64,000 nucleotides of DNA from Flavobacteriales bacterium (lineage in GTDB: Bacteria; Bacteroidota; Bacteroidia; Palsa-965). The notes under the pieces are model-generated. The model had not been told where the DNA came from. It ran no database searches and saw nothing but the letters and a program-made list of their open reading frames with translations. The stretch covers positions 64,001 to 128,000 of the forward strand of contig JBEIPA010000004.1 in assembly GCA_040377305.1 (NCBI GenBank), in the 5' to 3' direction. This document shows, in pieces, positions 29,463 to 38,330 of the stretch (position 1 is its first letter; every line of letters begins with the position of its first letter). The position numbers and the translations under genes were made by a program.

Positions 29463-29676
29463 AGGTCAATTACAAATCAATATATACCCATTGCTCCCAA
29501 AGGAGCGTTCCGAAAGGAATCGAGTCAACAATGGATATTGCGATCGCATAGCCGCGCTTTAGATTTACTTTATCTGAGAATGTGCTATGCTTCCTCTCGT
29601 CCCCACGTAAGTAGGGACTAGTTTCTGGTCAAACAGAAATGAAAGCAATCTCCCGCTGTTGACTCGGCGGGTTTTT
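29463..29676 (+). ncRNA. Putative structured ncRNA / leader RNA upstream of a tyrosine recombinase
   Basis: Six or more stems (GAAA and GTAA tetraloops), closing helices, terminator hairpin + T5, and a 10-nt long-range complement 29521-29530 / 29657-29666. Confidence 0.65.
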
Positions 29677-29683
29677 GCGTTTT

Positions 29684-30616
29684 ATGAAAGTAAAAGAACT
29701 CTACCAAGCATTTATCTCAGATTGCGAATACAGTGGCCTCGCGCCAAGCACGACAGCAGAACATGCCGCGATGCTTAAAAGAATAATTATTCCGGCTCTC
29801 GGAGAACTTGAGCTAACTGAACTGCTTCCAATACATGTAAATGAGATTACACGCGTCGCTAAATCACATGCGAAGAGCGTGCACCGTCATGCTGTCCTTA
29901 CCTTCCGACGATTAATCCGACTCGCTAAAAAACATCGATGGCCGGTGGGCATAGAGACCGACGAAGTGGAGATACCGGTCTACAGACAACAAGCTGATGT
30001 CTGTGCGTGGTCAAAAAAAGACATCGCGCAGATCCGCGAGATATTGTCGCGCGACTACTCCAAAGAATTCAGCAAACATGTTCCTGCTCGAGAGCGGCTC
30101 GGACATCAGTTCGCAATGAGGCGAACGTCGTGTCTGTTTGAGGTGTTGTTACACTCCGGTATTCGACTATCGGAAGCGCTAAGCGTGAACACTAAGAATA
30201 TCAACTGGGAGAAGTCTGAAATGAGCGTCGAAGATTGTAAAGAACCAGGGAAGTGGAAAACCGTGTATCTGCACGGCGCACTTGAATCAATCCGCTCATA
30301 TCTTTCAATCCGCACGGACAGCGACCCTGCGCTTTTTGTCTCCATGCACGGGCAGCGTTTGTTATACAATACCGCGCAAACCACGCTCCGAAGAATCAAG
30401 GCGCGCCTCAGAAATGCCAATGAGCAAATTGGTGTGCTTAATCACAAGACCTGTCGTTCAACATTCATCACAACTCCGCTAAGGCAGGGAATAGACCCTA
30501 AGATCGTGCAGAGTTTAGCGCATCATGCGAGCCTGCACATGACGCTCAACTACTACTACCGAATCGATAAAGAAAAAGTAAAGCCAATACACGAAGAAAT
30601 CTTTTCCACACTTTAA
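29684..30616 (+). CDS. Tyrosine recombinase/integrase
   Basis: HSGIRLSE (R), DCKE (K), HKTCR, LAHHASLHMTLNYY (H, Y). Confidence 0.92.
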   Translation: MKVKELYQAFISDCEYSGLAPSTTAEHAAMLKRIIIPALGELELTELLPIHVNEITRVAKSHAKSVHRHAVLTFRRLIRLAKKHRWPVGIETDEVEIPVYRQQADVCAWSKKDIAQIREILSRDYSKEFSKHVPARERLGHQFAMRRTSCLFEVLLHSGIRLSEALSVNTKNINWEKSEMSVEDCKEPGKWKTVYLHGALESIRSYLSIRTDSDPALFVSMHGQRLLYNTAQTTLRRIKARLRNANEQIGVLNHKTCRSTFITTPLRQGIDPKIVQSLAHHASLHMTLNYYYRIDKEKVKPIHEEIFSTL

Positions 30617-30689
30617 ATGGAATCGCAACTTGCATGCTTCGAAAAGGCATACTACAATCTTCTCAGCAACTTTTCACTCTCTAATCGTG

Positions 30690-30762
30690 AGCCACCTCGC
30701 GGGCTCGAACCGCGGACCTACTGTTTACAAAACAGTTGCTCTACCAACTGAGCTAAGGTGGC
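30690..30762 (-). tRNA. tRNA-Thr(TGT), CCA not encoded
   Basis: GCCACCTTAGCTCAGTTGGTAGAGCAACTGTTTTGTAAACAGTAGGTCCGCGGTTCGAGCCCGCGAGGTGGCT folds as a full cloverleaf. Confidence 0.95.
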
Positions 30763-30907
30763 ACTATATCATCCTAACATCGTGTGTCTGCTTCTGCTAT
30801 GCGGAAATGTAAGCGAGACCACACGCTAAACAAAAGGGTGGTCTCGGTTCAAGAGAAGAGAAGTTGCTATGTCGAGCCCCATTATCAAACAATAACACAT
30901 TAAATAC

Positions 30908-31147
30908 ATGCGTCACTTCAACGTATGCTCTCGGTCCGACTATATCGACCAGAGAGACGGTAAGCGTAAATTCAAATGGCTTCTAGCGGGTCACATGCGA
31001 GTCACAGACGTAGGTGGGCACTACTTAGTGCTCAATCATCAGCCTAACGTGCAATTTGAGCTCTTTGAGCAGCGTATAGAACCAAGCAAAGATCAAGCGG
31101 TCGATGTTACCAACGATAACGACCGGGAAGATCCGGATGTCCACTAA
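30908..31147 (+). CDS. Small mobile-element protein, possibly ssDNA-binding
   Basis: Beta-rich 79 aa (KFKWLLAG..YLVLNHQP..FELFEQ) with an acidic tail. Confidence 0.55.
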   Translation: MRHFNVCSRSDYIDQRDGKRKFKWLLAGHMRVTDVGGHYLVLNHQPNVQFELFEQRIEPSKDQAVDVTNDNDREDPDVH

Positions 31148-31430
31148 TCGTATGACTGATTCGTCAATCTCCGCAGCCGAGTTCCTTCCCAGGTCGCAGC
31201 GTCGAGCGATCAATAAATTCCTACGGACACTCGATAAACGCACGACGCGTTGCTGTCCCGCGTGCTTCGATTGCCGTCTGAAAATTACTCATGCGGCGCT
31301 CCTACTCGCCCAAGAACATGCCCTCCACCAGGAATCATGACGACACCATCCGGACAAGGATTATTCGCTTGATCACTGAGCACAGCTTACTTGCAACGAG
31401 CAACAACGTTATCAACCTAAACTCATATAC

Positions 31431-31934
31431 ATGGAACAAACAGATGCTAACCGCACCCAGCAAAAGTGGCTCTATCAAAAGCTGCTAAAGATTATTCCCA
31501 ATCTGCCCGAACATTTGCAGATGGGCATTATTGAACTCGAAGGAAAAGTTGAAGGAGACAGAACCCTCGATTTCTTCATGAGCAACAAAGAATCTGATGA
31601 CGTCTATTATATCGCCCTCGAACAAAACGACGAGGTAAAGTATGAAACTCGACTCGTTACCAATATGGAAGTCCGCATTTCACTGTCCGAGCAAACAGCA
31701 ATCCCACTCGCATACAAGAACAGTTACGAAGACATGCGAATAGATTTGGATGATCAAGGAAACACTGAACCTCAACGCGAGCACAAGCAGGAAGTGTACA
31801 CGCTATTCAAAACATGGCTCAAGAGTCTCGATCATCGCGGCTACCGCCTCGCACCCGAAACTACTGCAAACTCGCAGGAACAATCAGGAAGGAAAATGCC
31901 GCACGATGTATCAAGCAGTGTGCATGAGCGCTGA
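31431..31934 (+). CDS. DUF1249/DUF6908-like protein
   Basis: LYQKLLKIIP..MEVRI..A..LAY..FKTWLKSL..RGY pattern. Confidence 0.55.
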   Translation: MEQTDANRTQQKWLYQKLLKIIPNLPEHLQMGIIELEGKVEGDRTLDFFMSNKESDDVYYIALEQNDEVKYETRLVTNMEVRISLSEQTAIPLAYKNSYEDMRIDLDDQGNTEPQREHKQEVYTLFKTWLKSLDHRGYRLAPETTANSQEQSGRKMPHDVSSSVHER

Positions 31935-32227
31935 TACCACCCTGCTCCCATTGCATAGCATTGCTCTTTTCCGTCAGACAAGCAATCGCATTCTTCGTGC
32001 CAACGAGGAATGTTATTGCGCGGATGACGGATAAACGCCGCAGGTCGTGGAGACAGGGTGGACGCTGAAGCATGAAGCGCGCCGCCATGCCGACACGTTC
32101 TGCGTACCATTCTGCATTGGAAGCCAAGGCATGCACGCGAACCGCGCGATCTCTTCGTGCATGCACGAGGTGATCAAGAGGCGAGCAGACATGCAGCACC
32201 CGCACACGTGCATCAAGATCAGCGCTC
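31926..32227. repeat. GC-rich multi-hairpin non-coding element
   Basis: CCACCCTG/CAGGGTGG, CCGTCA/TGACGG, CATTCTTCGT-GCCA-ACGAGGAATG; closed by GAGCGCTGAT/ATCAGCGCTC. Confidence 0.7.
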
Positions 32228-32319
32228 GCCCGGCTTGCCGGAGAATGCTGAGGGAAGATGGCGTGTGCCTATAAAACAAAAAACCCCGTTGTCGAATAAC
32301 AACATGGGTTTTGCGATTC

Positions 32320-32538
32320 TCACCGCGGTTTTTTCTGCACTGACATGTAATGCTCATACGGCGATTTCATGCTTTTGGCAATTTTATCAATTGTCCTTCT
32401 GTGCTTCTCGCTCATTGCCTCAAATTCCTCATCTGAAGCATTGAGCACTTTGAGTCCTTCGGCTTTTAGCTGTGATTCAGTTTTTCCGAGACGTCTTAAT
32501 ACTTCCTTTCGAGAAAGTTTTTTTTCTTGCTTTTTCAT
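32320..32538 (-). CDS. Small basic hypothetical protein
   Basis: 72-aa ORF followed by a hairpin at about 32280-32312. Confidence 0.55.
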   Translation of the reverse strand: MKKQEKKLSRKEVLRRLGKTESQLKAEGLKVLNASDEEFEAMSEKHRRTIDKIAKSMKSPYEHYMSVQKKPR

Positions 32539-32551
32539 AGGGTGCTAATTA

Positions 32552-32590
32552 AAAAGCCATTACCATCCCGACATTGGGATGATAATGGCC
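32552..32590 (-). terminator. Terminator after the sigma factor gene
   Basis: GCCATTA-C-CATCCC / GGGATG-A-TAATGGC with an A-run (T-run on minus). Confidence 0.65.
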
Positions 32591-32606
32591 TGTTCTATTC
32601 GCTACA

Positions 32607-33302
32607 CTAGCATGCCTTGCTTCTGTTGTCAATGGATTCAAAAAGCTGCCAATTTACTTTCTGACCCAATGCTTTTTCAATCGCTCTTTTCGCACGCATC
32701 CAATATGTTTTGATGGAGCTTTCCTTGATGCCATATGTGGTGGCAATCCTTTCCCGCTCCTCTCTCGGCATATCTGCTGGCGCGAATTTCAACTTCGTGA
32801 GCATGATATCCTCCTGCACTTTAGAAAGAGATTTCAGGGCAGCTTTAATCTTCCTGATTTCCTTCTTCTTCGCTTCTGCTCGCCAATCGGGACGCACAGG
32901 TCCGATTGATTCTTTTTGAACAACAATTGCCAAAGTGCTAATCATCCGGTTAGACAGCGGAACGACCTTTACATCAAATAGTTTGTTGTCCTTCTTTCTC
33001 AAGAGTTCCAGAAGTTCATTGTTCACGATTCTGTATATCCAAGCCATGATGTCACCCTTCTTTGGATCGAATTGGGAAGCACGTTTCAAGATTTTCAGGA
33101 ATGCATCCTGACAAACCTCTTCGCTGTCCGCCTCTACACCCGAACGGGAAAAACTTCGCACTCGACCGATACAGATATCCAAAATTCGCTCTCTGAACAA
33201 TTTATCAAACTTATTTGCTGCGATCTTAAATTCAGTCGTGTGATCAGCAGTATTCGCGATTGTTGCGAGCAGTTTTGCTGCTATTTTATTTCTCTTTTGC
33301 AT
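32607..33302 (-). CDS. ECF-type RNA polymerase sigma factor
   Basis: Sigma2 DSEEVCQDAFLKI..FDPKKG..AWIYRIVNN; sigma4-like IATTYGIKESSIKTYWMRAKR. Confidence 0.8.
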   Translation of the reverse strand: MQKRNKIAAKLLATIANTADHTTEFKIAANKFDKLFRERILDICIGRVRSFSRSGVEADSEEVCQDAFLKILKRASQFDPKKGDIMAWIYRIVNNELLELLRKKDNKLFDVKVVPLSNRMISTLAIVVQKESIGPVRPDWRAEAKKKEIRKIKAALKSLSKVQEDIMLTKLKFAPADMPREERERIATTYGIKESSIKTYWMRAKRAIEKALGQKVNWQLFESIDNRSKAC

Positions 33303-33580
33303 AATTTTCTCGTTGAGTAACTCTCGATGACATTTTGCAATTACACCTGGACATCGAATTCCAGTTGCAAAAGAGAACCAATCCGTCTCCTTATGAGAAG
33401 CTAACGAAGGTTATGCGAACCTTTCAAAGTTTGAAGTTGATGAAGACGCAAAATATTAGTGACGTGTCATTTATCGGGATGACATTTCCCCGTCAATCAG
33501 GACCTGACTAATAGACCTGCTTAAACTGATATATGCAAAGGGGTAACAGGCAGTGTTACTTTTTCAAGTAGTACGTCAAA

Positions 33581-33967
33581 ATGCCCAGCATGTCTTCAGA
33601 AAAAATCCATACTATCTATGTCAAAGATCTTGCGCACCTTCTCGGGGTAACCGACCTGCGCACCGCGAAGCGCTGGTGTAGGCTAAACAGCGTTGCTATC
33701 CTCACGGATCGCGGCCGCCGCGTGTCATATGTCGTGCGTTCCGAGTATGAAGCCGCACGACTTAGTGCATTTATCAAGTTGTTAAAGAACCGGCATGGTA
33801 AAGACTGGTTCATTGCATTTCACGCGCACGTTGATTTCAACATTGAATTATTATCGACCATGCATGCAACGAACGGGAAAAAACAATCTGGAAGAAGTTT
33901 TGAGTCATTAGATAATACGGGAAAACATGAGCAAAGGTTTCTTGAGTCTCTTACCAGTTTAAAATAA
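33581..33967 (+). CDS. Putative excisionase-like HTH protein
   Basis: KDLAHLLGVTDLRTAKRWC; 7 bp upstream of the integrase. Confidence 0.6.
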   Translation: MPSMSSEKIHTIYVKDLAHLLGVTDLRTAKRWCRLNSVAILTDRGRRVSYVVRSEYEAARLSAFIKLLKNRHGKDWFIAFHAHVDFNIELLSTMHATNGKKQSGRSFESLDNTGKHEQRFLESLTSLK

Positions 33968-33974
33968 CCCGTAG

Positions 33975-35381
33975 ATGACAAAACCTATCTACATACCACC
34001 CGATTCAAAACGGGTCTCTGGCCTCCATATTCAGTGCCGGTCCTGTAACGCCCTCGCCGATCTCGGCATCTGCAACAAGACGAAAAAAGCAATCAATAGC
34101 AACTGTCCCGGAAGAAATACAATGTGCTACAAAGCGGTCGTGCACGTGCCGGGCACCAAAAACGGACGGAAGACGAAAATTTTGAAAGCCGTTCAGTATG
34201 AAGAGGCCATCGCTGAATTTCTCGAATTCAAAAACTCTTTCAAGGAATCAACGTTGGAGAATATCCCTGCGCCCGCCCTACTTCCGAAAATTCCGCCACC
34301 AGAAAAAGAAAAGACTCCAGGACTTATTGCACTCATGGCAAAGTATGTCGGCTATCTGCATGGCGACAACATACCCAGCTTCAAAAAGAAAACGCGCAGC
34401 AAGGGTCATCTCGATGATGTTGAACGTTGCCTTAAAAGATGGGTCACGGCTTTGCACGAGAACGGCCATATTCCCAGTGCTATTCGCGCCGATGAAGTCA
34501 ACGATGATCTCATCTCCGAGTTGCACGATTACCTCATTGACGATCTGGAAATAGGGAATAGCGGATACAATCGCAGCCTTACCATCCTCACTTCGTTCTA
34601 TCGCTATCTCATCAACGAAGGATACTGCACTAAAAATCCCTTTCTCGACATACCAAGAAAAGCAGTTAAGGAAAGCGTCGAAACAATAGAGCAAGATCAA
34701 TTCGAGCGCTTGCTCGAAATTCTGAAGAAGCCCGAACTTGGTCTGCGGCCACTACCCAATGGCGTGCGCAAGAACTTCTACAAAAGCTGGATGCCGAGCG
34801 CCGTATCTCTGGCTCTCTATAGCGGACGGCGTCGCACCGAATGCGTACTCATGAAGTGGAAAGATGCTGTTTATAACGACGGCATTTTGCAACACGTGAT
34901 CGTACCTGATTACAAAGTCAACCGTGCGAAAAATCTGCCTCCTGAAAACTGGATCTACCGGTATGTTCCTGGCACTGCTGAATTGCATAACCTCTTAGAA
35001 GAATTGGGAAAGGAAAGTCGTAACCCCGATGATTACATACTTGCTCCCGATGAGGTTATGTCCCGCGCATCAATGGCTAGTCTCATGTCTAAATCATTCG
35101 CTCACTATTTTTCCCAACTCGGATACCAGAAGCAATTATCCTTCGGCTGTCTGCGCCGTACCAATTTCAGTTCACTTTCAAGCGCAATCGGCATGGAGAA
35201 CGCGCGAACGATCAGCGGGCATGCAGACAACAAAACACTCAAGAAATTCTATGTCTCGCAGAAGGTCCTTGCTCGAGCGGCCAAACAACATGGTGTCTTT
35301 GACGAGAGAAAAAAAGACGAACAGCAGCGCGCTACTGATGACATTTTGAAGCCAGATTCTGATCACAGCATCGACCGCTGA
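33975..35381 (+). CDS. Tyrosine integrase of the genomic island
   Basis: YSGRRRTE, FGCLRRT, ISGHADNKTLKKFY; converges on the tRNA-Asn 3' end. Confidence 0.9.
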   Translation: MTKPIYIPPDSKRVSGLHIQCRSCNALADLGICNKTKKAINSNCPGRNTMCYKAVVHVPGTKNGRKTKILKAVQYEEAIAEFLEFKNSFKESTLENIPAPALLPKIPPPEKEKTPGLIALMAKYVGYLHGDNIPSFKKKTRSKGHLDDVERCLKRWVTALHENGHIPSAIRADEVNDDLISELHDYLIDDLEIGNSGYNRSLTILTSFYRYLINEGYCTKNPFLDIPRKAVKESVETIEQDQFERLLEILKKPELGLRPLPNGVRKNFYKSWMPSAVSLALYSGRRRTECVLMKWKDAVYNDGILQHVIVPDYKVNRAKNLPPENWIYRYVPGTAELHNLLEELGKESRNPDDYILAPDEVMSRASMASLMSKSFAHYFSQLGYQKQLSFGCLRRTNFSSLSSAIGMENARTISGHADNKTLKKFYVSQKVLARAAKQHGVFDERKKDEQQRATDDILKPDSDHSIDR

Positions 35382-35462
35382 ATAGTTGTTTTATCAGAAG
35401 TTCCGCGCTGAAATTCTTGCTATCACAAATCCGTCCGCGCTGAACGATTCATTGAAAAACAG

Positions 35463-35495
35463 AAAAGCCTCATTCTTTTCAGAACAAGGCTTTTT
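35463..35495. terminator. Bidirectional terminator between integrase and tRNA-Asn
   Basis: AAAAGCCT...AGGCTTTT. Confidence 0.6.
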
Positions 35496-35500
35496 ATCCG

Positions 35501-35574
35501 CTCCCCCTTCTGGACTTGAACCAGAGACCCCATGATTAACAGTCATGTGCTCTAACCAGCTGAGCTAAGGAGGA
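35501..35574 (-). tRNA. tRNA-Asn(GTT)
   Basis: TCCTCCTTAGCTCAGCTGGTTAGAGCACATGACTGTTAATCATGGGGTCTCTGGTTCAAGTCCAGAAGGGGGAG cloverleaf. Confidence 0.97.
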
Positions 35575-35811
35575 TCATGCGTCCGTTTTAAAGTGTAATT
35601 CCTTAAAACGGGCTGCAATATTACCATTCCGGACGGGATTTTGCAACTGAAACCGTGTTTTTTCGATGTTTTTTCGTCCGATTTGACCTAAAAACGTCTC
35701 CTTGGTGCTTCGTGGCGCCTTCTCATAACTCGAAGCGATAAACTGAGAACAGAGAACCGGGAACTTAGAACTGAGGAGTATATTTGCCGCCGGTTAAATC
35801 AACACCTCAAA

Positions 35812-36735
35812 ATGAGCCTACTCGTAGTCGGAACAATGGCATTTGATGCCATCGAAACACCTTTCGGAAAAACAGATAAAATTATTGGCGGCGCTGCAAC
35901 CTATATTGGGTTGGCGGCCTCCTACTTCTTCAAAAACATCAACATGGTTTCTGTGGTTGGTGGCGACTTTCCGCAAGAGTCGATGGACATGCTTAAGAAG
36001 CACGGACTGAAACTCGACGGTGTTCAGATCAAACAGGATCAGAAATCTTTTTTCTGGTCGGGACGTTACCACACGGATATGAATTCACGCGATACACTTG
36101 CGACTGAACTCAACGTGTTGGCCGACTTCGATCCTATTGTTCCTGAGAACTGCAAAGAAGTTGATTTCCTCATGCTCGGAAATCTGATGCCGCAGGTGCA
36201 GCAGAAAGTAATTGCTCAATTGCGTAAACGTCCGAAACTGATTGTGCTCGACACCATGAATTTCTGGATGGACACTGCGCACGATGAACTCGTGAAAACA
36301 ATTTCGCAAGTTGATGTACTCACGATCAACGATGGTGAAGCGCGTCAGTTGTCCGGCGAATATTCACTCGTGAAAGCAGCGCAGAAAATTTTGGCGATGG
36401 GACCAAAAGTTCTCATCATCAAAAAAGGTGAGCATGGTGCATTGCTGTTCAACAAAGAGCAAGTGTTCTTCGCTCCTGCTCTTCCACTGGAAGATGTGTT
36501 CGACCCAACAGGTGCTGGCGACAGTTTCGCTGGTGGATTCATTGGCTACCTCGCAGAAACAAAAGATATTTCTTTCGATAACATGAAGCGTGCAATCATT
36601 TTCGGATCTGCGATGGCTTCGTTTACTGTTGAGAAATTCGGCGTTGAACGTCTTGTAGGATTAACACAAGACCAGGTTGACGAACGTGTACAGGAGTTTA
36701 TTGATCTTGTTCAGTTCGATATTTCATTGGTGTAA
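35812..36735 (+). CDS. PfkB-family carbohydrate/nucleoside kinase
   Basis: IIGGAATY, DPTGAGDSFAGGF; TATATTTG promoter at 35779-35786. Confidence 0.95.
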   Translation: MSLLVVGTMAFDAIETPFGKTDKIIGGAATYIGLAASYFFKNINMVSVVGGDFPQESMDMLKKHGLKLDGVQIKQDQKSFFWSGRYHTDMNSRDTLATELNVLADFDPIVPENCKEVDFLMLGNLMPQVQQKVIAQLRKRPKLIVLDTMNFWMDTAHDELVKTISQVDVLTINDGEARQLSGEYSLVKAAQKILAMGPKVLIIKKGEHGALLFNKEQVFFAPALPLEDVFDPTGAGDSFAGGFIGYLAETKDISFDNMKRAIIFGSAMASFTVEKFGVERLVGLTQDQVDERVQEFIDLVQFDISLV

Positions 36736-36869
36736 AAACAAGCTTGTACTGCATGTTATCCTGAGTACTTCGACTTCGTGCAATACGAACGCCGAAAGGT
36801 GATGCTTTTCGATATTTTGTTAGTATTGGCATGATTAGCTAACTTCATCCTTAGATCAAAATCTCCATT

Positions 36870-37853
36870 ATGAAAACGTTCCGCCCAAACTGGATAATTA
36901 CGGTTGCGATAACATTGTTGGCTGCGCTTCCGCTGACTGCGCAATTTCAACTTTCCGAAGTGGAATACCTCGACAAGGTGAAGAACGGAACTACCTACAT
37001 TGCGATGCGCGATACAGGCTCGATAAAGTCCAGAGAATACAAAGACATTTTCATTAAGTACTGGACGTACACCAAATTCAAGTTCATTAATTACAGCGAT
37101 ATCAGCGACTACCTTGCTGAAGGAAATTCCTTCTTGTCAATTGGTGGATACGAAACAACAACGCAGATGTCAACTTTGTACAGTAATGGAACCAGCAAAG
37201 AAGGAATCAACTATAGCATCACACATATCTATCTTGAGTTCTGGACTCCCAGCGATAAATATTTGAATAGAAAAAAGAAGAGCGATCCGTTTGAGAGTTC
37301 AGATAAAGCCCTGATTGGCCGTATAGATCTCTTCACCGACTTTCCTACACTGAACAGTCCGAAAAATATTTACAAGGAAGATTATGATTGCGGAGGACAC
37401 GTCAGAAACTGGGGCGTTGGGTACCTGAAAAATTACCTGCAGGTATTCACTACACTGCTCAAGGCAGGTGTTGAACGCAAGCTTTATGACGCATCTTCTG
37501 ATCCTGTGAAATTGAAGACGCTGAAAACTCAAACTTTATACGTACCGGATTACGTGCTAACGAAGTTCAACAAATTCACGGGCGATGAAAGTGATAGACA
37601 CACTGAAAGTGAGATCTTCGAAGACTACGCATACAAGCATGAAATGGTGACCAATGAAAAGCTCAACCAGATGATCATGACGTCTGACGAAAAGCCGTTC
37701 TATTACCTGATCTATGTGAAGAGTTCTACGGATAAGTTCATAACGGTTATGAACTCTGCAACCGGTGAGTTTATTTATACCGACTACACCCCCGCGTCTT
37801 ACAATATCAGCAGCAAGGATTTGAAGAAATTGTCCGGCGCAATCGCAAAATAA
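36870..37853 (+). CDS. Exported hypothetical protein
   Basis: Signal peptide, 327 aa. Confidence 0.8.
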   Translation: MKTFRPNWIITVAITLLAALPLTAQFQLSEVEYLDKVKNGTTYIAMRDTGSIKSREYKDIFIKYWTYTKFKFINYSDISDYLAEGNSFLSIGGYETTTQMSTLYSNGTSKEGINYSITHIYLEFWTPSDKYLNRKKKSDPFESSDKALIGRIDLFTDFPTLNSPKNIYKEDYDCGGHVRNWGVGYLKNYLQVFTTLLKAGVERKLYDASSDPVKLKTLKTQTLYVPDYVLTKFNKFTGDESDRHTESEIFEDYAYKHEMVTNEKLNQMIMTSDEKPFYYLIYVKSSTDKFITVMNSATGEFIYTDYTPASYNISSKDLKKLSGAIAK

Positions 37854-37913
37854 GAAGCAGTCGCAAAATAATTCCGCCGTTCCACTCCGAAAGAGTCGCT
37901 CGGGAAGAGCAGA

Positions 37914-38330
37914 CTATTTCCGCTTAAACGAATATTCGATTACGCGCACTGCAGCCAGTGAAGTATCACTCACCGTTTCAGTAACAACAAGTTTCTTGCG
38001 TGTGAGTTCCTGAATGGTTGTTCCCATCAAGGTTAACGGATCCCCCGGATCGCCGGTCCAGGAAACACCGAATCCAGCCGGAGTAATCTCCAACGAATTG
38101 ATCGATTGATTACCCAATTCTTCATCGTCCCACAGATATAGTTCTCCTGAATTCGGCACGACCGAATCGCGCGACGGTTCGTTGTTGACGTAGAAAATAT
38201 ATTTCACTTCGGTTGCTTCCCACACACCGCCAAGTCGCTTTTCGTTGAGCCTTTCCTTGTTACATGCGAATAGAAAAATCGCAATCAACACCGGCACAAT
38301 TGTTCTTCTGATTGTCTGCATACTAATCAT
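37914..38330 (-). CDS. Lipoprotein (lipocalin-like)
   Basis: FLFAC lipobox, RLGGVWE. Confidence 0.75.
   Translation of the reverse strand: MISMQTIRRTIVPVLIAIFLFACNKERLNEKRLGGVWEATEVKYIFYVNNEPSRDSVVPNSGELYLWDDEELGNQSINSLEITPAGFGVSWTGDPGDPLTLMGTTIQELTRKKLVVTETVSDTSLAAVRVIEYSFKRK

Larger units (their letters stand above)
1..35500. mobile_element. Genomic island / defence island integrated at tRNA-Asn (left end outside the window)
   Basis: Integrase at the tRNA 3' end, radC, dense defence-like cargo; housekeeping genes resume after the tRNA. Confidence 0.75.

Noticed and set aside
29463-29676. Known riboswitch, T-box or hammerhead identity for the integrase leader
   Set aside because: Conserved cores (T-box GGTGGTACC, hammerhead CTGANGA, cobalamin/TPP/SAM motifs) are absent
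31841-32444. Several overlapping 75-114 aa ORFs
   Set aside because: Odd composition on both strands; better explained by GC-rich palindromic non-coding DNA
1-35500. Direct repeat of the tRNA-Asn 3' end (second att site)
   Set aside because: Not spotted by eye; probably left of the window, and an exact search is needed
35740-35776. Short degenerate AACTGAG-like heptamer repeats upstream of pfkB
   Set aside because: About five imperfect units; low-complexity intergenic repeat with no evident function
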